The translations under genes were made by a program, and so were the position numbers. A model generated the notes under the pieces. The model saw only the letters and a list, made by a program, of their open reading frames with translations. It was not told the origin of the DNA and searched no databases. Positions 1 through 10,950 of a DNA stretch of 33,271 nt are shown here, piece after piece; position 1 is the first letter of the stretch, and every line of letters starts with the position of its first letter. Origin of the DNA: Nemertoderma westbladi (taxonomy: Eukaryota > Animalia > Xenacoelomorpha); the NCBI GenBank assembly GCA_032718475.1, contig JAUCBJ010005255.1:1-33271 (forward strand), written 5' to 3'.

Positions 1-999
1 CCCCCCTAAAATTTTTTACAAATCTTAATGAGATTGCATGAAATTTGAAACAGAGATAGTTTCACCTCCCGACCACTGACTGGGTGACCCAGAATTTTTA
101 TTTTTGCTTTCAATTTAAAAAATATGTCTCCGTCGATAATTCAACAGTTACACCGCAGTTATTCTTCAAACATATTAATGATTTGTTGGTATTAGTAGAA
201 AGCTGCCCATGCAAGGATTCCAAATATGTAAAAATATTTGAATTTGGTTGGGAAATAGCTGAGATATGGGCATTCGAATGTTGCATTGTCATTGCGGTTC
301 TAATGAGCATAATATTGATGCAGTAGGAGAACTAAAATTTGTCCATCGCGAAAATTGAGAATAAGAGTGACTTGCACCAAATGGTAGGTTCTGGCCATGT
401 GCCTGTGGCACTAGTTCTAAATTTTGGTATCTAACTAAGTTTGGACCCATTTGATGACATTTGATGCATGCAGGAAGTTCTTTCTTGAGTCATTGATCTT
501 TCATCAATGTGTTATATTGTTATAAATTTCATTTTGGTGCATCGCGAAGGCTCGAAATTTCAACCTCCTTGGGATCCGTCAAGATATCGATGAAATTTAG
601 AGAAATTTTTTTGCCTTAATTTTTTACCATTTGGCAACTTTTGTGCACAGGTAGAGCAATGAAATCGGAAAAAAGAAAAACGCACCGCCCTAATATATAT
701 CAGCTGCATATTATGTAGATTACCGGTATCAGTTTGCAGACAGCACTGTGTGCTGCAGAGCTCGGGCTGGAAAGTAGATTGAGGTCCATGCACGGGCACG
801 CCGCACTCGTCTGCTTTGTTCTTGATGCTGTGCTATGTTGGTCCGAGTTTCATTATAGAAATACTGTAAAATACTGTAGGCCTACTACCGGTACATGTAT
901 AGCTATCTGTATAGGCTATTCTGCTATTTGTTATAAATTTTTTTGCTACGGAGTATCTGATATCAGGAGTTTACGGCGTAATATTAATTAGCCGCGGCG

Positions 1000-1938
1000 A
1001 TGGGTAGCAAAGTTTTCGAAGAATTCGCATTGGGGGCCTCTTCAGGTTGCTCGGCGTGTCTGTTCTCCAACCCGCTGGACGTGGTAAAGACGCGGATGCA
1101 GCTGCAAGGCGAGCTGCTGGCCCGGGGTACCTACGTGCGTCCGTACCGCAACGTTCTACACGCCATGTGGACTATAGGGAAGGTAGACGGGTTGTTAGCA
1201 CTGCAGAAAGGGTTGGTTCCCGCGTTGAGCTACCAATTCGTTATGAACGGAGTTCGAATCGGGGTCTATCAGAACTCTAAGAACGCAGGTCTCCTGTCTA
1301 CCTCCGAGGGGGAATACAGTGTCTGGAGGAACTTCCTGGGTGGGTCTATTTCCGGTTTGCTAGGGGCTACGTGCGCTAGTCCCTTCTATCTGATGAAGAC
1401 TCAGTTACAGAGTCGTTCTGCGGATAGCATCGCGGTGGGGCACCAACACTCGCACCGGGGAATGATTGCGGGGCTGCGCGATGTGTACCGCAGGGAGGGG
1501 TTGCGGGGCTGGTGGAGGGGGGTGACCGCCGCCCAGGCTCGGGTATTCGTCGGCTCGGGGGCGCAACTGGGTTCCTTCGCTCTTTTTAAGGAGTATCTAC
1601 CTCGAACTCGGGCCTCCAATCTGGATAAGACGTCGCTTAGGGTCGTGTCCGCGGGTTGTTCCGGGATATTCGTCGTGTGTTGTATGACCCCGATGGATGT
1701 GTGCTCCACTCGGATGTACAACCAGCCAACCACCGCCGCCGGTAAGGGGGTCTATTACAGCAATCTAGTGGACTGTATAGTGAAGATATTAACCAAGGAA
1801 GGGCCTCTCGCCTTCTATAAGGGGATATCGGCATCTTTGTTCAGGTTGTGGCCCCACACCGTGTTACATCTGACTTTCTGGGACACTTTCCGAGAATATT
1901 ATTTATCTTACGTTAAGCTGAAACAGGAGAAAGTCTAG
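1000..1938 (+). CDS. SLC25A35: Mitochondrial carrier, SLC25A34/SLC25A35 (yeast Oac1-like) subfamily; single exon, 312 aa
   Basis: Three carrier repeats with PX[D/E]XX[K/R]-type motifs (PLDVVKTRMQ, PFYLMKTQLQ, PMDVCSTRMYNQ). Subfamily-typical segments LQGEL..RGTY, IAVGHQH, LQKGLVPAL.YQFVMNG and FYKG...FRLWPHTVL. Good ATG context (gcgATGG). Which of the two paralogues it is cannot be resolved. Confidence 0.9.
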   Translation: MGSKVFEEFALGASSGCSACLFSNPLDVVKTRMQLQGELLARGTYVRPYRNVLHAMWTIGKVDGLLALQKGLVPALSYQFVMNGVRIGVYQNSKNAGLLSTSEGEYSVWRNFLGGSISGLLGATCASPFYLMKTQLQSRSADSIAVGHQHSHRGMIAGLRDVYRREGLRGWWRGVTAAQARVFVGSGAQLGSFALFKEYLPRTRASNLDKTSLRVVSAGCSGIFVVCCMTPMDVCSTRMYNQPTTAAGKGVYYSNLVDCIVKILTKEGPLAFYKGISASLFRLWPHTVLHLTFWDTFREYYLSYVKLKQEKV

Positions 1939-3622
1939 AGGGATGTAGTTCGGTCTTTTGGTGCTATTTATATTAGTAATTAATGTGGTATCGCGTTATA
2001 TACGCTGGTACAATACAATACAATACGTCCACCACACATAACAGGTATGCCACATTGTATTCCACTTTTCATCTGATACCCTTATTGCCTTTTTACTTCT
2101 CCTTGCTCCCGTAAAAGGTGAAAAAATCCGGCGTTTTTAGGAATAAAAGTAGCTAAATCCTCTCCTCTTCTGTTTTGGGGATAATTAAGTAATTCCCATC
2201 TATTTGTAGGAAAATAGCCAAATCTTTATCATTTTTTTAAACTTCGAGTTTATAATTTGGTTAAAAAGCAAATTATGTGGAATAAAAAGCTTCAATTTAA
2301 TTCGTTTACTTTTTGTTTTGTTTTTGATACCAAATTTGTTTTTTAAATCAATTGTTGATTATTTGAGGTTATACTTATACAACTTTTCAGATCTGGTTCT
2401 CACTTAAATCTAAAAAGAACGACGTATTTAGTGTTTCTTTCCAAGTGGTAGTTGCGTTTAATATTATTGTAAAACTCTTTGTGAGGTTTAACTAGGAATA
2501 ATAAGTGTGAATTCTTGTGCTTTTTGTTTATCTTTAGGATTTCGGTTTGATAGCCACCGTATTCCTTATAGTTCGCCATTTCCAACGCACAAAAGTATTG
2601 TATCCGAATCTTAAACAGTATTTTTTCTTAATAACTATTATTTAAGGCATCACCGCATACTTCTACGATGACATGTCATTGAATACTGTACATAAAGAGT
2701 TTTTAGTGCATTAATAACAAATTTAGCTATTTAAATAATTAAATTAATTTGATATCTTATTAAGTGATGAATCTGTACACATTAATGGTTAATATGAATG
2801 TCTCTAGCTCTACTTGTGTTCTTTATATTATTATCAGTATAATAATACTTAAACGTAAAGTTCTTCTGTTGTGGCAAATATCTTAAACAACAAAATCTAC
2901 ATGAAGGTAAATCTGACCTGTTGCTGTGATTGTTTATTATAATTTGAGTTAAGTTGGCCAATATAATTATTTATTAGGGATCGTCTATCACACCTGTAAC
3001 AGCCGGCAATGCATCCACCGTGATGTGTGGGGCGAGCCACAAAGTCTAGTTTCGCTTTTGTGTAGGCCTAGCTGGTATAATTAGTTGACCGTCAGTCACG
3101 ATCAGGGTCAGTCCGGATCATTGATCTTTGAGGAAATGGAACCAAACTTGGTACACATGTACTTGTACTAAGGTTTATTTAAATTCTACTCACAGTCAGA
3201 CATCTATAGTTCCTATATCGGCCGCTAGGGGGAGTGACAATGTCCACTAATTGTACACGAAGGTTCATTTAGCCAACGTGCTGCACGAATTCCCCACGGA
3301 ATTAGAATTTACTACATCCTAATTAATTGATTCCAGTTTTATAAATATGCGTTGAGAAAGTAAAACAATTATTGCAGCATATCTTCTTTTATATTTTCCG
3401 CATTTTTAGCCTTGTGTGCAGTTTTATTTCGCTGTAGCTATAGGATCTAATTTTATGTGGTATTTTATTTTCTTAAGAATTAATGTGGTGTTTTGGTGTT
3501 GTTTATTATTAATCCTCGTATTTCTACTTCGGTAATATAAACTTAAATGATGAAAAGTCATTGTTTACTTTTTTTTGTTGTATTGGAGTTAATTTCGCAA
3601 ACTAATTTTAGTAAAGAAACAC

Positions 3623-6600
3623 GTTATTGAGTAATGTAACAATGTATGTTATCTGAGTAATGTAACAATGTATGTTATCTGAGTAATGTAACAATGTATG
3701 TTATCTGAGTAATGTAACAATGTATGTTATCTGAGTAATGTAACAATGTATGCTATCTGAGTAATGTAACAATGTATGCTATCTGAGTAATGTAACAATG
3801 TATGCTATCTGAGTAATGTAACAATGTATGTTATCTGAGTAATGTAACAATGTATGTTATCTGAGTAATGTAACAATGTATGTTATCTGAGTAATGTAAC
3901 AATGTATGTTATCTGAGTAATAATGTAACAATGTATGTTATCTGAGTAATGTAACAATGTATGTTATCTGAGTAATGTAACAATGTATGTTATCTGAGTA
4001 ATGTAACAATGTATGTTATCTGAGTAATGTAACAATGTATGTTATCTGAGTAATGTAACAATGTATGTTATCTGAGTAATAATGTAACAATGTATGTTAT
4101 CTGAGTAATGTAACAATGTATGTTATCTGAGTAATGTAACAATGTATGTTATCTGAGTAATGTAACAATGTATGTTATCTGAGTAATGTAACAATGTATG
4201 TTATCTGAGTAATGTAACAATGTATGTTATCTGAGTAATGTAACAATGTATGTTATCTGAGTAATGTAACAATGTATGTTATCTGAGTAATGTAACAATG
4301 TATGTTATCTGAGTAATGTAACAATGTATGTTATCTGAGTAATGTAACAATGTATGTTATCTGAGTAATGTAACAATGTATGTTATCTGAGTAATGTAAC
4401 AATGTATGCTATCTGAGTAATGTAACAATGTATGCTATCTGAGTAATGTAACAATGTATGCTATCTGAGTAATGTAACAATGTATGTTATCTGAGTAATG
4501 TAACAATGTATGTTATCTGAGTAATGTAACAATGTATGTTATCTGAGTAATGTAACAATGTATGTTATCTGAGTAATAATGTAACAATGTATGTTATCTG
4601 AGTAATGTAACAATGTATGTTATCTGAGTAATGTAACAATGTATGTTATCTGAGTAATGTAACAATGTATGTTATCTGAGTAATGTAACAATGTATGTTA
4701 TCTGAGTAATGTAACAATGTATGTTATCTGAGTAATGTAACAATGTATGTTATCTGAGTAATGTAACAATGTATGTTATCTGAGTAATGTAACAATGTAT
4801 GTTATCTGAGTAATGTAACAATGTATGTTATCTGAGTAATGTAACAATGTATGTTATCTGAGTAATGTAACAATGTATGTTATCTGAGTAATGTAACAAT
4901 GTATGTTATCTGAGTAATGTAACAATGTATGTTATCTGAGTAATGTAACAATGTATGTTATCTGAGTAATGTAACAATGTATGTTATCTGAGTAATGTAA
5001 CAATGTATGTTATCTGAGTAATGTAACAATGTATGTTATCTGAGTAATGTAACAATGTATGTTATCTGAGTAATGTAACAATGTATGTTATCTGAGTAAT
5101 GTAACAATGTATGTTATCTGAGTAATGTAACAATGTATGTTATCTGAGTAATGTAACAATGTATGTTATCTGAGTAATGTAACAATGTATGTTATCTGAG
5201 TAATGTAACAATGTATGTTATCTGAGTAATGTAACAATGTATGTTATCTGAGTAATGTAACAATATATGTTATCTGAGTAATGTAACAATGTATGTTATC
5301 TGAGTAATGTAACAATGTATGTTATCTGAGTAATGTAACAATGTATGTTATCTGAGTAATGTAACAATGTATGTTATCTGAGTAATGTAACAATGTATGT
5401 TATCTGAGTAATGTAACAATGTATGTTATCTGAGTAATGTAACAATGTATGTTATCTGAGTAATGTAACAATGTATGTTATCTGAGTAATGTAACAATAT
5501 ATGTTATCTGAGTAATGTAACAATGTATGTTATCTGAGTAATGTAACAATGTATGTTATCTGAGTAATGTAACAATGTATGTTATCTGAGTAATGTAACA
5601 ATGTATGTTATCTGAGTAATGTAACAATGTATGTTATCTGAGTAATGTAACAATGTATGTTATCTGAGTAATGTAACAATGTATGTTATCTGAGTAATGT
5701 AACAATGTATGTTATCTGAGTAATGTAACAATGTATGTTATCTGAGTAATGTAACAATGTATGTTATCTGAGTAATGTAACAATGTATGTTATCTGAGTA
5801 ATGTAACAATGTATGTTATCTGAGTAATGTAACAAAATATGTTATCTGAGTAATGTAACAATGTATGTTATCTGAGTAATGTAACAATGTATGTTATCTG
5901 AGTAATGTAACAATGTATGTTATCTGAGTAATGTAACAATATATGTTATCTGAGTAATGTAACAATGTATGTTATCTGAGTAATGTAACAATGTATGTTA
6001 TCTGAGTAATGTAACAATGTATGTTATCTGAGTAATGTAACAATGTATGTTATCTGAGTAATGTAACAATGTATGTTATCTGAGTAATGTAACAATGTAT
6101 GTTATCTGAGTAATGTAACAATGTATGTTATCTGAGTAATGTAACAATGTATGTTATCTGAGTAATGTAACAATGTATGTTATCTGAGTAATGTAACAAT
6201 GTATGTTATCTGAGTAATGTAACAATGTATGTTATCTGAGTAATGTAACAATGTATGTTATCTGAGTAATGTAACAATATATGTTATCTGAGTAATGTAA
6301 CAATGTATGTTATCTGAGTAATGTAACAATGTATGTTATCTGAGTAATGTAACAAAATATGTTATCTGAGTAATGTAACAATGTATGTTATCTGAGTAAT
6401 GTAACAATGTATGTTATCTGAGTAATGTAACAATGTATGTTATCTGAGTAATGTAACAATATATGTTATCTGAGTAATGTAACAATGTATGTTATCTGAG
6501 TAATGTAACAATGTATGTTATCTGAGTAATGTAACAAAATATGTTATCTGAGTAATGTAACAATGTATGTTATCTGAGTAATGTAACAATGTATGTTATC

Positions 6601-6989
6601 TGAGTAATGTAACAATGTATGTTATCTGAGTAATGTAACAATATATGTTATCTGAGTAATGTAACAATGTATGTTATCTGAGTAATGTAACAATGTATGT
6701 TATCTGAGTAATGTAACAATGTATGTTATCTGAGTAATGTAACAATGTATGTTATCTGAGTAATGTAACAATGTATGTTATCTGAGTAATGTAACAATGT
6801 ATGTTATCTGAGTAATGTAACAATGTATGTTATCTGAGTAATGTAACAATGTATGTTATCTGAGTAATGTAACAATGTATGTTATCTGAGTAATGTAACA
6901 ATGTATGTTATCTGAGTAATGTAACAATATATGTTATCTGAGTAATGTAACAATGTATGTTATCTGAGTAATGTAACAATGTATGTTAT
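3623..6989. repeat. Minisatellite A, left arm: 26-bp unit GAGTAATGTAACAATGTATGTTATCT, roughly 130 copies
   Basis: Directly visible tandem array with few variants (GTT>GCT, AAT insertion, ATGT>ATAT/AAAT). Confidence 0.98.
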
Positions 6990-7171
6990 AAGGGTACTAT
7001 AGGGTTGATAGTATAAGGGTACTATAGATACACTAGAGTAGATAGTAGTGACGTATAGTACATGATACCGGCCCTACGCCTATCTGCCTTTGAAGTTGAC
7101 CGACTGGGCTGCTTTCGCCACGCTTCGATAGGTTGCGCTCTTTGTGAGCCGCCACTGTCGCCTGAAGAGGA

Positions 7172-10100
7172 ATGACGTGTTGCGGTTGCGGCTTCAACAG
7201 CACTTGCGTGCGGGGCTGCGCCTGCGTGAAGGGAAAGATAGACTGCCTGGACTGCGTTCCAGGTACGCGAAGACAGTGCCGGAATGGTGGGGCCGGTTCG
7301 CAGATCAGCAGATCCCAACCCACCCCGACCAGCGATGGACCACGTGATTTGGCTGCACCTACTCCGTTCTCCCAGCCGACTCCTGCCGAGTCGGGGAGGG
7401 TGGACGAGTCCTTCGATGAGACGTTGGTGGAATTGTCGGACAGCGATGGTTCATTCCTCTCGCTCAGTGACACCCTGGTGTCAGGTGCTTCTCCCTGGGC
7501 CCCCGTTGTGTCTGGTGTCGCCACTACTGTGTCTGGTGCTGCCCCCCTCGCCCCTACGGTGTCTGGTGTCGCCCACCTCGCCCCTATGGTGTCTGATGTC
7601 GCCCCCCTCGCCCCTACGGTGTCTGGTTTTGCCCCCCTCGCCCCTACGGTGTCCGGTGTTGCCCCCCTCACCCCTATGGCGTCCGGTGTTGCCCCCCTCT
7701 CCCCTATGGTGTCCGGGGTCGCCCCTTCGGTGTCTGGTATCGCCCACCTCGCCCCAACGGTGTCTGTTTCAGCCCCCCTGCCCCTAGGGTGTCCGGCGTT
7801 GCCCCCCTCGCCCCTATGGTGTCCGGCATTGCCCCCCTCGCCCCTACGGTGTCCGGCGTTGCCCCCCTCGCCCCTAGGGTGTCCGGCATTGCCAGGGGTT
7901 CGCCTGTAGAAGCGGTTTGGTGCGACAGTAGATTTCCCACTCAACGGTTGGAGTCCGCAATAACCCAAGCGTACGATACCATTGTACACTGGCGGGCTAA
8001 TCTGTTCCTGGTCCCCCCTGGTGCTATAGGTAGAGACCTGGTCAGATGTCGAGGATCGTTGGGCTGGCAACTATGGAAAACCCGCTACAGAAGGTCGCCC
8101 TCCCTGCGCTGATGATACTGCCTGCCCTGCTTCTACAGAAACCCAGTCGCAAGTCCACCACGGCGACCAATAGAAGCGTGCTGGTGAGGAGGCTGGCGAG
8201 CTGGAAGAGGGCCGAGTTTAAGGAGTTGCTCGTTGAAGCCCGGGCTATCCAAGCCCACCTCCCGAAACGGGTTCAATCCGTGTCGCAGAACGTCGCGCAA
8301 CAGAAGGCTTTCATCCGCCACATGCTGACCGGGAACATCTCGGCAGCTACCAGATGCCTCGGTCAGTTACACCGGGGTAAACCTTTGGGACTCAACGACA
8401 CGTTCACGGATAAAGACGGTGTCACAAAGGTGGTTCGCGATGTATTGCTGGAGAAGCACCCTCCCGCCAAACCCGCGGACAAGTCGATCCTGCTGACTGA
8501 GTTCGAGGGCGCTCCCGAGCACCACGCGGTGGTGTTCGAACAGCTGACTGGGCAGCTGGTTCTCTCCAGCCTTCTCAGGATGAAGGGGAACGCCGCGGGT
8601 CCTTCCGGTGTCGATGTTCAGGGGTGGAAACACCTGCTGACGAAGTTCCGCTCGCAGTCTACGAGTTGTGCGATCGGATCGCGAATCTGGGTAAACTCAT
8701 CTCGCAGACCACGGTTCCGTCCGGGACTCTGTCGGCGCTGTTATCCGCCCGACTCAGCGCGCTAGATAAGAACCCCGGCGTCCGACCCATCGGGATCGGC
8801 GAGGTTCTCCGACGAGTTATCGGGAAGGCGGCGATCCGCTGCATTCGCGAAGATCTGGAGATCTGGAGTTGGCGGGTCGGTGCAGCTCTGTCTGGGGCAG
8901 AAGTCCGGCATCGAGTACGCTGTCCACAGTCTAAATGACGCGTTCGAGCGGGACGACTGCGACGGCGTTCTCCAGGTGGATGCAACCAACGCGTTTAACG
9001 CGCTCAACCGTGAGGGGGCGTTACACAACATCCGCGTAGTGTGCCCCGGGCTCCACAAGATCGTAGCTAACTGCTACAGCAAACCGGCGCGGCTGTTCGT
9101 GGGGGGGGAAACCTTGCTGTCGGAGGAAGGAACAACCCAAGGAGACCCCGTCGCGATGGCCATGTACGGCTGTGGGGCGCTCCCGTTCGTGTGCGAGTTG
9201 GAGCGCGGGTGTACCACGGATCAGAAATGGTACGCAGACGACGGGAACGCGGCTGGGAAGCTCACTGAGCTCCTGAAGTTCCTCGTGATCGCACTGGCCC
9301 GGGGGCCGCTCTATGGGTACTACCCCACCAAGTGTTGCCTCACCGTGAAATTGGACAAACTGGCGGAGGCGGAGAAGCTGTTCGCCGGCTACAACGTCTC
9401 CATTAACTGTGTCGGGAACAAACTCCTTGGTGGTGTCATCGGGACCGAGGAGTTCCGTCGGAGTTTCACCCAGGAGAAGGTTGAGGGGTTCGCAGCCGAC
9501 GTCGAACGACTTAGCGATATAGCGGCGGTGGACCCGCACTGCGCCTATGCGGGGTTGGCGTTCGGCCTGGCGTGCCGCTGGCGCTACATTGCCCGGGTGG
9601 TTCCGGGTGCGACGGACCAGTTCGGGGAGTTGGAGGAGGCGGTAAACCGGTTTCTCTGCCGCCTCACGAACCGCCCAGCCATTCCGGTGGATGAGCGGGA
9701 GTTGTTGTCGCTGCCGATTCGCGACGGCGGGCTTGGAATACCAGTTCCTCAGGATCTCTCGTCTCAGTACCGGCACTCCCGCCTCGTGTGTGAACCGTTC
9801 GTCGAGGCCACCACGGAGTCCATGTCGGAGGTCAGGGAGGAACAGATGAAGGTTGTGAAGTCAATCAAAATTGTGGCAGCGGCTGTAAACAAAATAAAGA
9901 AGGACCAAGTAATAGCCAAGCTGCCCCAACACCAATCCAACCTTTGTAACCTGGTAAGCGAGAAAGGAGCGTCCGCCTGGCTGAACTGCAAACCTCTGAC
10001 TCTACATGAAACTCACCTCGATAAACAAGAGTTCCGCGACTCCTTGTGCCTCCGCTACGGGTGGACGCCACCGAATCTTCCTTCTCGTTGTGCCTGTGGG

Positions 10101-10745
10101 GTGCGATTTACCTCGTCCCACGTCCTGTCGTGCCCCACTGGAGGATTCCCCTCCATTCGGCATAACGAGATCCGCGACTTCGTTGCCGACACCCTAACCG
10201 AGGTGGCCCACAATGTAGGGGTGGAACCGCAACTCCAGCCATTATCGGGCGAGACTTTCAGTCATCGGTCGACTTCGACAGACCAGCAGGCGAGGCTAGA
10301 CGTTTCGGTGAGCGGATTCTGGGGCAACCGCTTCCAGAAGACGTTCATCGACGTCTCAGTCTTTAACCCGCTGGCAGACACCAACGCGGCGATGTCCCTT
10401 CCGGCAGCCCACCTACACCACGAGTCTCGCAAGAGACTCAAGTACGAGGACCGGTTGCGGGAGGTCGAGCACGCCAGCTTCACTCCGCTTATCTTCTCGA
10501 CGTTCGGTGGAACTTCGCCGGCAGCGTCGCAGTTCCTCAAGCGCTTGTCACTGAAGCTGTCCGACAAACGTGACTACCCGTACTCCGAGTGCGTGGTGTG
10601 GGTGCGCAGGCGGCTGAGCTTCGCGCTATTGCGATCAGCCCTCCTCTGTCTGCGTGGCAATCGGTCCGCCAGGAAGCGTCCGGTGAGGTGCGATGTTGGG
10701 GAAACGTCCATCGTCCTCAGTAACGCCGACAGCAATCCGGTGTGA
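7172..10745 (+). pseudogene. Frameshifted single ORF of the CRE-like element (about 1190 aa if repaired): Cys-rich N-terminus, Pro-rich repeat linker, RT, CCHC knuckle, RLE
   Basis: Consecutive overlapping ORFs 7172, 7789, 8046, 8624 and 8880 join into one protein. RT motifs: GPSG.D, LDKNPGVRPIGIGEVLRR, DATNAFN, GTTQGDP, WYADD, LLGG. CAC-x7-H-x3-C knuckle, then RHNEIRD, RLDV...FIDV and E.RKRLKY of a PD-(D/E)xK RLE. Frame breaks near 7780, 8043, 8660 and 8852-8878. Confidence 0.88.
7478..7893 (+). repeat. 30-bp coding tandem repeat inside the retrotransposon ORF (VSGVAPLAPT-like decapeptide, about 14 degenerate copies)
   Basis: Repeated GTGTCCGGTGTTGCCCCCCTCGCCCCTACG-like units; visible in ORFs 7172..7909 and 7789..8112. 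Confidence 0.93.
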
Positions 10746-10950
10746 TGGGCTAGTTCATTACAGTATTCAGGTGTTAGCTGCAGACAGTACTGGTATTGCA
10801 GTCCTGTAGGCAATATTCTACTGTTGTGTTCATACGGTTGCTAGGTGATGGGTAATGACAGCTGGTGGTGGTTGAATTATGTTTGTCCAGTAATTTTTGT
10901 GCTTTGTGTGTTATTTTTAAAGATGAATATAATATAATATACTGTCAAAA

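Larger units (their letters stand above)
6990..10950 (+). mobile_element. Non-LTR retrotransposon with RT plus restriction-like endonuclease, CRE-clade-like, near full length, inserted in minisatellite A
   Basis: GC-rich 4-kb block between two arms of the same satellite. It ends in a short A tail (CAAAAAA, 10946..10952). AATGTATGTTAT occurs at both junctions (6978..6989 and 10951..10962). It encodes RT and RLE motifs. Confidence 0.92.

Noticed and set aside
1-800. Probable non-autonomous DNA transposon remnant and its short ORFs
   Set aside because: The texture is repeat-like, but no TIR pair or TSD can be shown inside the window and the ORFs lack motifs.
2100-2640. Minus-strand coding-like fragment (ORF 2400..2585)
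   Set aside because: Short, AT-rich, and without a recognisable domain or supported splice structure.
7033-8070. 345-aa minus-strand Gly/Arg-rich ORF and other overlapping ORFs (7481..7747, 7704..7940)
   Set aside because: Antisense shadows of the GC-rich 30-bp repeat in the retrotransposon.
9021-9776. 251-aa minus-strand ORF
   Set aside because: Antisense to the RT with no recognisable motifs; expected in GC-rich coding DNA.
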